Shown here: positions 27,757 through 42,167 of the stretch, one piece after another
Layout: every line of letters begins with the position of its first letter
How positions within the stretch are numbered: position 1 is the first letter of the stretch
Assembly: GCA_964016885.1 (NCBI GenBank)
Contig: OZ024741.1
Location: 214,210,001-214,274,000, forward strand
Length of the DNA: 64,000 nt
Direction of reading: 5' to 3'
Source of the DNA: Eledone cirrhosa
Taxonomy: Eukaryota
Made by a program: the position numbers and the translations under genes
The notes under the pieces: generated by a model
Database searches by the model: none
Told to the model about the DNA's origin: nothing
The model's input: only the letters and a program-made list of their open reading frames with translations

Positions 27757-28062
27757 AAGAAAGAAAGATTTATTTAAGTATGTCTCATATAAAATAATAC
27801 AGTCAACTATCCACGAAATACAATATAGTTAGCACCCCGAACGCATGATTTGGATTATACTCAGGTATATCCTAATGTTTGTTGAGCGAGATGGGAGTTG
27901 GTCGCAGTATCGCTAAAAGCTTTCTCTGTTAATGTATTATATATATATATATGCAGGGAGTGTAACTTGGAGTTACTGTAGGTTCACCCGGGTGAGCATT
28001 CGATGTTTAGGTCCACTTCTGCGTTGAGGTGTAGAGCTATACAGAGTGTAATATAGTGAAAA

Positions 28063-28290
28063 GATAACAAGGACGATTGGTTACTCCTTCATTACATTTA
28101 TTGGTTGGTGACGCGCGTTTCGCCACTGATCAGCTCATGGTTCGATCTGTATCGATCTTACCCGACTCTGTAATCTGCGGCTCGTCGGACCCCTTGTAAT
28201 GCTAGTAGAAAAAAAAAGCTTGAGCTGATCAGTGGCGAAACGCGCGTCATCAACCAATAAATGTAATGAAGAAGTAACCAATCGTCCTTG

Positions 28291-28293
<3 letters not shown>
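28063..28293. mobile_element. Palindromic element with truncated hammerheads in both arms
   Basis: Arms ataacaaggacgattggttact...cgcgcgtttcgccactgatcagctca; each reads TGA-gc..gc-GAAA-cgcgcgTC but lacks the leading CTGA. Confidence 0.75.
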
Positions 28294-28333
<40 letters not shown>

Positions 28334-28403
28334 GAAAAAATTTGAACAGGGACAAAACAGAGAGGCAGTACAACAAATGTTTATTAATTTCATATATTTA
28401 TTA

Positions 28404-28452
<49 letters not shown>

Positions 28453-28676
28453 GGAAATTTAGTAAAATCGAATCTCTGGCGGTTTGCAAGCAAATTCGGC
28501 ATACTTATATGAAATGATGAGTTAGCAAAGCACTCGATAAGTTAGGTCCTTAGAGTAATAACATACGTTTAAATAGCTTGACAAATCTAACATTGTGGTA
28601 GGCAAAATCTAACACACAATAATATACCAAAGTAACGATAGAACAGGTTGATATATATATATGTATATGTATATAC

Positions 28677-28771
<95 letters not shown>

Positions 28772-28862
28772 TAGTAGTAGTAAAATTCATTGCCCCACGG
28801 TATAAACTTAACTGTAGGGCAAAGAATCCCAATAATATCTACACTATGTCTCTAAGTCTCTC

Positions 28863-28927
<65 letters not shown>

Positions 28928-29478
28928 TGCCTTTGCTACTTCCGCTACTGCACTCGTTCTTGAACACATTACATCCGTCACAGTCTAATCCCTCTTATGT
29001 ATGTCTGTTGGTGACACCTCAGGAATGTGAAGGTTTGTGAGTTGTAGTGAGGTGTAGGATAAGGAAGTGATGGTGGTGGAATTCTCAAAGGTAAAGTTGG
29101 ACTCGCTGTATGTCCGACTATCAATACAAAATATTTCACACTCTCTCACTCTGTCTCTCTTTCGCTACTCCTTCTATCAATTACTCTTCTTCCCCTCTCT
29201 CTCCCCTTCATACTCTTCTTCTCTCCTTTCTTTCTCTCTCTCTCTCTCTCTCACTACTCCTCTTTCTTTCTCTTCTTCTCCCCCTTTATCTCCCCATTCC
29301 CTCTCTCTCTCTCACTACTCCTCTTTCTTACTCTTCTTCTCTCCTCTCCCCTCTCTATCTCTCTGCATATTGTGCCACCATTCTCTGATGATTAAGTCTC
29401 GGAAATGCACTGAACCAGATTAAGCAGCTTTTACACACACATGCACATATACACACAAACACAAACACGCAGGCCCCT

Positions 29479-29540
<62 letters not shown>

Positions 29541-30329
29541 TCACACAAACATACACACACACACAGACGCACTCAGAACTGTAATCAGTAATCATCTGAT
29601 AAGGAATTATTTGCCCCTAGGAGCGGCAAATGTTGGCCACAGGATGCAAGGAGACAGCTTATGTTAAAAAACAACAACAAACAAACATAGCAAGCTGGTA
29701 TATCGATCTATATTGGTTTCCCGGGTTCGATTCCACTGCACAGAATCTTAGATATGTGGCTTTTAACATTATCTCCGGCTGCTCTAGAATATGTGAGAGA
29801 AATTGGGTAGACAGATACAGTGTGGAAGCCCGTGAGATTGGTTGTAGCTTTTAATTTAATGTGCGACAAGCCAGTCTTGTTATATATTGTATCTTGTTGA
29901 ATCTCCCTGAGAATTACGTCCTGGCTCCGCGTGTCTGTGGAATGGTTAGGTAATTCCACGCTAATTAACGTTAGTCGTAAAACTGAAACGCGCATCCGTG
30001 AAAGTGACGGCAGGTCATTCAATACACACTTATTTCTCATTCTACCTTCTGACGAAGGACTAGTGTCCGAAACGTACAAACTATATCAAGAAGTAAAACT
30101 AATATATTTCTTCATTTAACTGTTATTTGCTTTCTTAAAACGAAAATGACAGAGGTTATTAAAATAGTAAAAGTAAATAGTAAAGATTTAGGCCAGTACA
30201 TACGTATGCCCCGACGGACATACACATACATACGCACACACAAATACATACACACCCACACACACACACACACACAAACACACACACTCACGCACACACA
30301 CGAACGCACGCGCGTATGTATAAACCTTA

Positions 30330-30746
30330 TGCATTTCTACAGTATTTTCACCAAACTTAAGACATAGGTTACTTATGTACTCCGGATGGTCATGGGCACT
30401 GTCATTTTTCCAGATATTGATTATAGGACCCCCGGCAGATAACCCCTTTAACCACTTTAACCATTTCCTTGGAGTCGACTGAAGCACTGCAGTGCAATGC
30501 AACAAAACGTCATAACTTCTGGAGTTCGCAACCGATTTTCACAAAACTTGACACATGGGCTACGTTTGTCCTACATATGAATGTGAACTCTCAGAATTGG
30601 CACATATTGGCACACATTGGACCCCTTTTGGAAAAAGCCGATGATTTTGTAAAAGTATAGTTTTCGAAGCAGCACTGAAGTATTGACATAAATGGTATAC
30701 ACAACTGCTATTTAATATCCGAGCAAAGCCGGGTACCTCTGCTAGT
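30330..30746 (+). mobile_element. Non-autonomous Helitron-like fragment, 3' end
   Basis: GC hairpin-like ccgagcaaagccggg followed by CTAG|T; internal attttcac(c/a)aaactt repeats. Confidence 0.55.
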
Positions 30747-31426
30747 ATATATATATAACTAAGGAAGTCTGTACAGAAATAGCTGTCGAAACGGCTTGAG
30801 AACTGCCGTCGGGGTCCTGACTCTTTTCCTATATATATATATAAATATATATCTATATATATATGCACACACACATACTGTGTGTGTCCCCAAAATATCT
30901 ACACATATTTATTACAATGCTGTTGAAGTGTGTATACATTTTGGGGGACACCATCTATATATAAGTGTGTGCGGGTGTGTGTTTGCAGACAAATGAATTT
31001 AGATGCATTATCTTCGGCAGAGAAATGACAGCATATATACACACGTGCGCACAAACACCGTTGTGTATGCGTGTGTGTGTGTCTGTGTGTGTGCATGGGT
31101 AATATGGCAATTTCTCTATTGATGACAAAACCAGAAGGAAATGTAAAAGTAATTATTAAAACGGGTATTATGTGGAGGAGCTGGTGACGGTGATAGAGGT
31201 GGTGGTGGCGGCGGTAATAGGAGGAATGGTAATAGTGGTGGGGGGGGGATTGCATTGCTTCGTAGAGAAGTGAAATAGATATTTGGGTATGTGTCACGTG
31301 ATAGATGGGTAAGTGGGTAGATAGCTATAATACGTGAGAGACAAGAGGAAAAATATAAGGCCTGTTTCTATGTATGTGTATATATATACACATATGTCCC
31401 GCTTATATGTATATATATATATGTAC

Positions 31427-31477
<51 letters not shown>

Positions 31478-31736
31478 AGAGGTAAACAGAGAGATGCTCC
31501 ACCGGGATATATATATATATACTTATATATATATATCCCGGTGGAGCATCTCTCTCTCTCTGTTTACCTTTTACACACACATATATATATATATGTGTAT
31601 GTATATATATATATATGCATGCCTTTATACATACGTGAGTGTAGAATGAGCTACACAGAAATTTTAATAGATTACAGTTGTCCTTGTTATCATAATCTCA
31701 AAAAGTATTGTATATATATATACATATATATATATA

Positions 31737-31819
<83 letters not shown>

Positions 31820-31877
31820 ATACACACACAGAGTGGGGAGAGCGAAAGAAAGAATAAGACAATATTCAGACGTTTGT

Positions 31878-31948
<71 letters not shown>

Positions 31949-32294
31949 CTGGATGTGTGTGTGTGTGCGTATGTGTGTGTATTATATTATATATATGTTT
32001 GTGTGTGAGTGTGTGTGAGTGTGTATAAATGTAGACTCTCACACGTGCGCACCCCACTTAATACGTGCGGGTAGGTGACGTGCTTGGTGTAATGTAAATG
32101 TTTATGTTTTCTTTGCAGCTTTGATTTAAATATTTGTCACACCTCCTCCTGCTAAACACAACTGACTCCCCATGGCACAATACCCCATGGAAAGACTACC
32201 TCTGCCACACATTAGCTCTAACCCTTACACATCCATGTGTTTTTTGTTCGTTTGTTTGTGTGTATATATGTATATGTGTGTGTGTGTTTCGCTG

Positions 32295-32640
32295 GTATGT
32301 ATGTATGTATCTATGTTTGTATGTGTGTATGTATGTGTGCATGTATGTATGCATGTATGTATGTATGCATGCATGTATGTAAGTATGTGTGCATGTATGT
32401 ATGCATGTATGTATGAGTGTATGTATGCGTGTATGTATGAATGTATGTATGTATGTATTATGTATGTATGCATGTATGAATGTATGTATGTATGTATGCA
32501 TGTATGTATGTATGTATGTATGTATGTATGTATGTATGTATGTATGTATGTATGCATGTATGTATGTATGAATGTATGCATGTATGCATGCATGTATGTA
32601 TTTATTTATGTATGCATGTGTGTATATATATATGTATATG
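32295..32640. repeat. (ATGT)n microsatellite
   Basis: Degenerate tetranucleotide array. Confidence 0.9.
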
Positions 32641-33905
32641 TATAGCTTCGTGGTTAGGGTGTATTCAGCTTGTTCGGATTACGCTCCTAAAATAATTGTT
32701 TCTGATTTAGGCAAAAGGCCAACAATTTTGGGGTGGGGCGGGGAAAGTCTATTAAATCTACTCGAGTGAATTACTGGTAGTTTATTTTATCGACCCCGTA
32801 AAGATGAAAGGTAAAGTTAACCTCGGAGGGATTTGAACGTAAAGGAACTTGGATCTGAGTGGTGCGTAGTATCCTTAAGGAATACACACTAATTCAGGTT
32901 GCTGTATTCCACACAGTTGACTATTTACTTAAATACCAAGAAAAATGTACAATATTGAGTGAATAAAAAAAGATCAGAACAAAGCGGACACACAGCAGAG
33001 CACGCATCGTCATTGACAAGGTCGCAGGATAAGTGACGAAAAGTTTTTATAATTAACAATTAAAGAGCCATTTTGTTCGGGATCTAAACGGCAGGAGACC
33101 CAGGGTCGAGCTCGAGCAAGATGGTTGAATAACATCCATGAGCTTGGCTGGTCTAGCTTGGGGGATCCAGCCAGATCAGTTGGAGACGCTTGCTTCTGAT
33201 AGTACCCTCTGGAAGTAGTGTTTGAGGACTCTGCCTCCATGACCCTCTCGGGAATAAGTGGGCGAGGAAGAAGAATTTCACAACAACCATCTTACTTAAC
33301 TAACCAATGAAAGGATTATTTACTCAACTAGTAAGAAACTAAAGCGAAACTGAAATGGTGAGGTATTTTCATTGGCAGATAACTCTACTAAAGTATCCCC
33401 CCCCCCCCCCCCCCGCATGTTTCAACACCCGATTTCACATTTCTTCTTTAATTGCTTCTTCTATTTTCTGATGAAGGCTAACGTCCGAAACATTAAAACG
33501 TTTCCTACTATATTAAACGTGAAACAAATATATATCTTCATTGTACTTCATGGTTTGATGTGTTTTTTTCCGTTTACTTTTCGCATACGCACTACACACA
33601 CATACGCATCCACACACACATATACACTCACACACATACGCTCTCACACACACACATACACATCCACACACACTCACACATACACACACATAGGTAATAA
33701 TACCACCAGACCACTTCACCCTTAACGGGATCTTCTGAAACTTCAGGGTGAAAAGCAGTGATTCTTTGCTTAAATTTTAATCTGTTATTTTAATAAATAT
33801 TTGCTCTAGGGTTCTTATATATTTGATATATATTAATCCTTATCGAGCCCTCTTTGGATTTTAGTCTTCACATTTATTATTATTATTACTATATCTATCT
33901 AGCTA

Positions 33906-34000
<95 letters not shown>

Positions 34001-34151
34001 ATACTTTGGGAGGGTCATGTTGCCAATAAGAAACACACGCACCAGTTGCTTTCACTTCAATTTAATTTATTATATATTTATAAATTTACAAATTTATAAA
34101 TTTCTGGTTGGTTGGTTGGTTCCACAACCAGATAGTTGTTTATATATATAT

Positions 34152-34196
34152 AGTCATAGTTCTTTCGTCACACACTCTGTGACCTCTTCAGTGACT
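34152..34196 (-). ncRNA. Type I hammerhead motif (family A)
   Basis: Minus: agtca-CTGAAGA-g-GTCACA gagtg TGTGAC-GAAA-gaacTA^tgact. Confidence 0.75.
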
Positions 34197-34280
34197 GGGG
34201 ATTTCTTTCTTCGTTTCTGTGCCTTTCCTTTCTTCTATCCTACGCCAGAAAAATGGCGTATATATATATATATATATATA

Positions 34281-36730
34281 TGGAGGAAGTTGTAGTTTAC
34301 TTGAAGCATAGCGTAGTGAGGTGTAAACGTTTGGAGTTAGAAGGCCAGAACAATGCAGGTATGGATATAGAATATAAATACAAATACAAAAGATATTGCT
34401 GACAATTAGTCTTTTACCTTAAATTTATTTGAATATCTTTAATTTTCGAGATAATATCTCTTCTTCGGAGGGAAGTAAAGGGGTTAATCCAGTGTTCTAA
34501 TTAGCTTGCCAAGTCATGCTGACAGGAAATAGTATAGAAATTCCATTCTATTTCTAATGTCAAAGAGTGAAGGTCAGGTGGATAAAGGGTTGTCTCCCTT
34601 TAAAAGGGTTTGGACATGTATGTCTAAGTGTGTGTGGGAGAATATGTGAGGGTGTAAGCACGCGTGTGTGTGTGAGTGTGAGAGGATATGTTTATATGTA
34701 AATGTGGGGCTATATGCTCTATCATGTTAAAACTGGTCTATGTGTGTGTATGTGTGTGTGAGAGATTAAGTGAAGGAGTAAGCGTGTGTGTGTGTGAGAT
34801 AGTACGTGGAGGTGTAAGTATGGGGCTAGGTGCTCTACCATGTTAAAAATTAGGTGTTGAATTCTAGTCTGTTATTGATTTGTGGTTGTGTTTTGTCTAT
34901 AATTAGTGCTTCTTTAATTCTAAGATTGTTGAGGTTTCTTTCCTTAGCTTCTATGCTAACTACTATGTTTTTGTCGGTGTTTTTGCATTTCACTAGATGT
35001 TTCTTAAATGAGGAAGCATTAGTGTTGAGGTGTTCTTTTATTCTAATGTGAAGTGGTCTGGTGGTGCTAAATACGTAGAAGTTGCTGCAATTGTCGCACT
35101 CTAATCTGTATACGACGTAAGCCTGGTGGTATAGGTCTGTGTCGTCGATGGGGCAGTTGGCTAGCCTGCAGCGGCTGTCATGTCAGGTGGTGTGTCCTTT
35201 GGTTAGCTGTCCGCGTAGAGAAGGTCCTGAGTGGGCTAGCTGGATATCTACTCCCTCTCGTCTGATAGCCCTGCGAATGGCTGTTGTTGTTTCGTCATTG
35301 AAGTGTGGGAGCTTCAGGAAGCAGGTGTTAGGGCCTCGGGTGTGGTGTTCTCTGTTGTTTCTGGCACGGTTCGCGGTGGACGTGGGGTATCCGTTCAGTT
35401 TAAGTACTGCCAGGAAATGTGTAGTGTGCGTGTCCCGGTCTCTTGCGTCGGTGTATTTGTTCCGGATACGTGTTAGTTCGTTCCTTATGGTATCCGAACT
35501 TAGTGTTGATTGAGAAGGCTGATCTGAAATGTACGAACAGGTCCCTGCTGGCGGTTTTTTATAGAAGCAGGTGTGGATGTCGCCTTCCTCTGTTACCCTG
35601 AGTTGGAAGTCCAATAGGGATAGGGATCCGCGGTAATCGGGGTATTCCATGCTGAACTATATATTGGCGTCCATGCTAGAGTATATCATGTATATTTTAT
35701 CCGCTTCTTCACGGGATGATGTAAGGATGAATATGTCATCTACATATCGGGTGAAGAAGGTATATGAATGGCAGGTGTTGAGGGCTCAGCATTCCAGCTG
35801 GTTCATATAAGTGATGGCCAGCAGGCCCGATAGGCTGGATCCCATGGGTAATCCTGTTGTCTGTCTGTATATGAGGTGGTGGAAGGTGAAGTACGTGTTG
35901 TCCACTGTGAAGGACAAAAGCTGGTGTATGTCCGTCGGATGGAGGCCGTAGCAGTTGACGTCTTCTGCGACCACGCAGTCCGTCAATAAATCAACAGGTG
36001 GATGAGCTGGGACTCTAGTGTAGAGGGAGACAACGTCGAGGCTAAAGGCGTATCTATTTAGTGTAAGTTGTTCTGGCTCGAGTTGGAGTAGTCTACGTAT
36101 GACCTCGTCGGAGCTACTGACATGCTCGAGAAAAGTGGAGAGTAGAGGCTTGAGGACCTGGGAGAGAGCCAGGAGATTTTGTATAGGGGCCCTTCTATGC
36201 TAGAGACGATGGGTCTTATTTGTGTCTTAGTACTATTCTTGTAGGTCTTGATGAGGTGATAGAAAGTGGGCAGTCTGCTATTTCTAGTGGTGTAATTGAA
36301 CTTAAATTTATTTGGGAGTTTTCTTCTACTACAGATGTCGAACCAGATGGATTTGGCCTGTTTTTCGATCTGGGCTGCAGTTATGTCCGGGATCTCTGTA
36401 TGCAGTTCGTTGTCATTTAAGTGTTCAAAGGCTAGGTTGTTGTTTGGGGCTTGAGAGATGACACAAAACTCTTTACCTTTGTCGGATGGTAAGTATATGT
36501 GTTCCCTATTCCGCTTGTTCTTCGGGGCGAGTTGTTGCGTCATGGAGAGGTTTGGGGCTATCTTCTTCTGTGTCCGTAAGATGTTAAATACGGAATGTTT
36601 TAGCCTCGATAGTTTTTCTTCAAGCTCGCGATTGGCAGGCGGTGGACAGAGTGGGCGGTCCAGTAGGTATATCGGGAATCTGGTTGTGTTACATTCCGTG
36701 GTGTTGATGCCGAGGGTCGATATCCATTTT
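34281..36730 (-). mobile_element. Penelope-like retrotransposon, 5'-truncated and decayed
   Basis: Flanked by (TA)n; degenerate hammerhead CCGAAGA-aGAGAT att ATCTC-GAAA near 34434-34470 in the 3' region. Confidence 0.85.
34850..36720 (-). pseudogene. Penelope RT + GIY-YIG endonuclease, frameshifted
   Basis: DKG; LPTFYHLIKTYK...IRPIVS; FTFHHLIYRQTTGLPMGSSLS; RYVDDI (~35735-35750); LNGYP; VVYRLECDNCSNFYV..TTRPLHIRIKEH; LRIKEALII...QIN. Confidence 0.9.
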
Positions 36731-36949
36731 AGTGTATATATATATATATATATATACTAGATTTTGGTTTTGCTTGATTAACAAGTCTCATGAGGAAATT
36801 GGGCAGTAGTTGGGTCTATAATATTAACTTGGACCCTGAACCACTCATCTGGGAAACGGTCGTAACTGTCCATAATTAATATAGACCCTGGTATGAAACC
36901 TCATTAAGTTCAAGTATAAACGAGACAAATACAGAGATGTAAAGACATA

Positions 36950-37051
<102 letters not shown>

Positions 37052-37475
37052 CATACATGATGGCTGCCCCCTCGTTATCGAGTATGGCCATTGCACGATA
37101 TATCATTATTAATAATTATTAATTAATTCTATCGAGCAATGCCTGTGCGTGAAGATATTTTTTAAAGTGAGGTAAGACTGTGCACTGAACCAATCCCACT
37201 CTCTGAGCGACAGTAGCTATAACCTGAAAAGAAGAAAATATCAACATCATCGGTAACTACTGAGCCGCAGGTTTTATATCGGAGTTATCCAAGTTTCCTG
37301 GGTTGCCTTCTCCTAGAAGAATGCCCTGACACAGGTTAGGGGTCCTTCACTCCCAGTGGTTTAACCGCGCGATCGGGTACCCAGCCCAACTATTTCTATG
37401 TCCACGCGCATATACATACACATGCATCACATATATACACATATACATACATACATACATACATACATTATATGC

Positions 37476-37544
<69 letters not shown>

Positions 37545-37546
<2 letters not shown>

Positions 37547-38200
37547 AGTGGAAGCTTAGTAAATTCGAAGCTTTGGCTGCGGCCAAGCAAAATCGACCTA
37601 CAATTAGGAATGTGTAGCAAAGCACTCAATAAGGATAGGACCTCAGAGTAATAACATTACGTTTAGATAGCTTGACAAATTGAAAATTGCGGCAGGCAAA
37701 ACCCAGCCATACAATACCAAAACAAAGAAAAAACTAATTAGGTTAGACAACAGACCTGGACAAATCGAACGATATTCTGCAATACGTTTCTATGAAACCG
37801 AAATCATCAATCTAACTTACGTAATACGTAAGCTTGTGAGGGGATCCACGTCATCGACAGATATTTCGTTCTAGGCCTCAAACCAGTGTGAACTGTAACT
37901 CAATGGGACTGCTACAATAGACAGCCTTCAGTCATTTCGTTGTCACGTGTTATTTCCAAGAAGGGAAGTAATCCCTCTGTTTTTGGCGGGTAAATTCAAA
38001 GTGTTAACAAAGGAAAATAAATTCCGCTGAACATTCCGAATAAAAGCTCTCAACTACACGTTATTAAACAAACATAAATAATTAACCAATCAACAGAATT
38101 GTCTAATTAAATTAATTAATTAATTATTAGGTTTAGGAGATAATAATACAAGTGGAAGCTTAGTAAAATCGAAGCTTTGGCTGGGGCCAAGCAAAATCCT
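37545..38200. mobile_element. ~604-bp unclassified element with ~50-bp terminal direct repeat, between (TA)n tracts
   Basis: caagtggaagcttagtaaa.tcgaagctttggctg.ggccaagcaaaatc at 37545 and 38149; homologs at 28450-28630 and 19950-20095 (reverse). Confidence 0.65.
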
Positions 38201-38257
<57 letters not shown>

Positions 38258-38363
38258 CCTGAATAACCTGTAGCCGGGATAAATTATTTATCTCAATTTT
38301 TGTTGTCACTACTCATTCTCGCATACGCCATTATATATGTATATATGTGTGTGTATGTGTATC

Positions 38364-38411
<48 letters not shown>

Positions 38412-38436
38412 TGTGTCTGTGTTTGTGTGTGTGGGT

Positions 38437-38473
<37 letters not shown>

Positions 38474-39212
38474 GGAGTATGTGGATATGTACACCTAAAA
38501 ATAGATTGTACAACGCAGACGACACAATTATAAATCCGTCACTCTCCTCTTCCTACTACTTACTTCCTCTCTCTCTCTCCACACTCCCCCCCCCCCCTGT
38601 CTCTCAATAATGAAGTGCAGACGACAATGAAATGTTATCTATACGATTGGACCGGCACCAACACCACCAACACCATCACCAGCACCACCAACATCAACAC
38701 CACCATCACCAACACTATCATCACCAACACCACCATTGCTATCACCAACACCACAATTACCATCACCAGCACCATTTCCACCAACTCCATCACCACCACT
38801 ACTAATGCCAACACCCCAACACCACCATTGCCATCACCATACTCAACAACACAACATTACCAACAACACCACCATGTCCACCAACACCACTGTAACCATC
38901 ACATACACCTTGCCCACCAACACCCCTATTACCATTACCAACACCCGAACAACACCACCATTGCTATCACCATACTCAACACCACCAGCAACACGACCAT
39001 ATCCCCCAACACCAGTGTTACCATCACCAACACCCGAACAACATCATCATAACCTCCAACACCACCAACAACCTTACCATAACCACCAACACCACCGCTG
39101 ACAGAAACACACATATATATATGTGTGTATGCGCATGGTGTGTTCGGGGCGTGTGTTGGTTCGATTGTGCAAACAGAAGAAAAAAAGTGAATACATGGGC
39201 AAGTTGATGTAT

Positions 39213-39592
39213 TATTGGCAGTATCAGTAGAGGGTCGGACGCCATGCTTTCCAGCATAGTTACGTCCCTTTACGATCTGAGTTCAAATCCCGCCGAGGTT
39301 GACTTGGCCTTTCATCCTTACGGGGTCGAAAAAATAAAGTGCCAGTAATGCACTGAGTAATTGCTGGCCTTGTGCCAAAAGTAGAAACAATTATTTAATA
39401 TAACAGTGGATTGGCAGTATCGGTAGAGGGTTGGATGCCATGCTTTGAAGCATAGAGTTACCTCCCTGTATGATCTGAGTTCAAATCCTGCTGAGGTTAA
39501 CTTTGCCTTTCATCCTTCCGGGGTCGATAAAATAAAGTACCAGTAATGCACTGGAGAATTGCTGGTCTTGTTCCAAAAGTAGAAACAATTAT
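39213..39592 (+). mobile_element. Two tandem tRNA-derived SINEs
   Basis: Copies at 39213-39392 and 39405-39592; the second is flanked by the duplication attatttaatataacagtg. Confidence 0.85.
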
Positions 39593-39839
39593 TTAATATA
39601 ACAGTGAATTGGTTATATCAGTGATTGGAGGTCTTGAACTTTCCTGTTTAATCCACTTGAAAAAGGCTTAAACACGAAACCACTGGCCCTCAAGTTTCTA
39701 GTACTGCCTCGCAGCTGGAATGAATGTACATGTGTGTGCGTGCATGTGTGCATGTGTGTGTGTGTGTGTGTGTGTGTGTAACAGTGTCTGTATATGTGTA
39801 ACAGTGTCTGTGTGTGTGTATGTGTGTGTATGTGAGTAA

Positions 39840-40027
39840 TAATTGTTTCTACTTTTGGCGCAAAGCCAGCAATTATCCCAGTGCATTACTGGTACTTTAT
39901 TTTATCGACCCCGTAAGGATTAAAGGCAAAGTTAACCTCAGCGGCATTTGAACTCATACGGTAAAGGGGTGTAACTCTATGTTGCAAAGCATGGTATCTG
40001 ACCCTCTACCGATACTGCCAATCCACC
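39840..40027 (-). mobile_element. tRNA-derived SINE
   Basis: Reverse complement of the 11425-11615 family. Confidence 0.85.
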
Positions 40028-40049
40028 ATATATCGCAACGTATATATAT

Positions 40050-40318
40050 ATATAATTCAAGAAATAAGAGTAACATGGTTGGCTGTACAATAAAGGGCCT
40101 TATTCACAGTGCTGACAATTATTTCGTTGATCTGGTCGGTCTAGAGTTCGCTAATCGCTTGGTGTTGCGTCAATCGAACAAAGTATTGGAGGTCGATTAA
40201 CGCAACACCAAGCGTTTAGCGAACTCTAGACCGACCAGATCAACGAAATAATTGTCAGCACTGTGATTAAAGCCCTTATTGTACAGCCAACCATGTTACT
40301 CTTATTCCTTGAATTGTT
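40050..40318. mobile_element. Palindromic element (~125-bp arms)
   Basis: aattcaagaaataagagtaacatggttggctgtac... mirrored by ...gtacagccaaccatgttactcttattccttgaatt; arms carry GAAAtaattgTC hammerhead 3' halves. Confidence 0.8.
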
Positions 40319-40669
40319 ATTACTCCAAGTATAACCTACATAGAAATCACCGCGAACTCGCTGCATCACTATGGAAGTGTCTTGTTGAGTCAAACTTAGC
40401 CATATGTTAAAACCATCCACAGCACGGAGTACTCTAACTGGACTACCTCTAAGTGGATTACCTACAACGATAACTTGTTATCCCGTATATATATATATAT
40501 ATATATGTACGGCAACACTCATCTTTTTCCATTTCTCCGTGGGTTATAAACCCCACCATCAGGCTAGAAATTTCTTTAGTCTAAAATACGGTGAAAGCTT
40601 ATAATTTCTAATTTCAAACTCGCGCACCGTTTCAAAAACATACTTACATGTTTACATTTATAATTTGCT

Positions 40670-40738
<69 letters not shown>

Positions 40739-40779
40739 GGGATAACAAATTATTGTTATAGGTAGTCCACTTAGATGTG

Positions 40780-40885
<106 letters not shown>

Positions 40886-41776
40886 ATGGGAGAGGAAAAA
40901 AATAATGGAAGAGATACTCAAAGGAAGTTAAGAAAGAAGGAGAACGAACAGAGATGAGGTGAGGGAGATTCATTCAAACAAACTGCAGCGACATCTGTCG
41001 TTGTTGTCGTTTTGAGAGCCATGATTGCCTTGCCAGAACGAAGCACCCAGCAATGGTGTCAATTTTATTTATCAGGCGACATTTTTCATGCGTCTTCTTT
41101 GCTCCTTTTCCGCTCCTCACTTTATTTACATGTCATTTTTTTATAATGTTGTTAGATTTACGATCATTTCTCGTTGCTCCAATATATTCAGTTGAAAATG
41201 AGAACCAGAAGTAGCTGGGGGGTTAATCTTAAAATGGACTAGCGTCATGTCCGGGAGGTGTAGAGTCTTGTATTCTCAGTCGCTTAGCGCCAATAAAACG
41301 GGGATAAGTACCGGCCTAATTAGACTCCGGGCTTGGGATGGACTTTAGATATTTTCAATATTATATGTACAGTTGAGTTCAAATCCCGCCGAGGTTAACT
41401 TTGCATTTTATCCGTACGGGGTCGATAAAATAAAGTACCAGTCACGCACTGGGGTCGATTTAATCGACTTTACCCTCCCCCAAAATTGCTGGCCTTGTGC
41501 CTATATAAGAAACCATTATATGTACAGTTAATCAGCAGTAGCTGTAACACTCTAACCAGTTCTTTTTCCTATTGGTTGCCGTCCAGGCGTTCCCGTATCC
41601 TGGGCAGACGCTGCGGCCTCTATAGACCTATATGGACTCCTAACTACTGATTGTATTGTAAGGGCACCATAGTGATATAGAGCGTGATCTGGGCGCTTTT
41701 AATCCTGGCAGAAGCCATCCCCTCTCTAGGTCTGAATACAGCCGATTTCTTTCAGAGATAGAGTTAGAGAGGAGGG

Positions 41777-41778
41777 AT

Positions 41779-41862
<84 letters not shown>

Positions 41863-41892
41863 GGATATATAGATAGATAGATAGATAGATAT

Positions 41893-41935
<43 letters not shown>
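41777..41935. repeat. (GATA)n microsatellite at the 3' end of Tx1 copy 1
   Basis: ~40 GATA units directly abutting the element. Confidence 0.95.
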
Positions 41936-41936
<1 letters not shown>

Positions 41937-42167
41937 ATTTCTATTTATTTGCCACGAGGGCACAAAAGAAGGGGACATTTACACAGTGGGGGAGTTTACA
42001 TAAATCGAGTAAAGAAAAAAGGAATAACAATAATAATATAACAATAAAAAGTCCTCAAAAGGGAGGGGGCGTGTTGGGGATTGCACATACCCCCGAAAAG
42101 TGTGCAACTCTTTTCGCGGGGGAAGCCCAGAGAGGAGGCGCTCCCCCTTTCCTCTTCACTTCTTCAC

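Noticed and set aside
38615-39101. Mucin-like Thr/His-rich ORFs
   Set aside because: Degenerate (CAC/CAA)n low-complexity DNA with no splice or domain evidence
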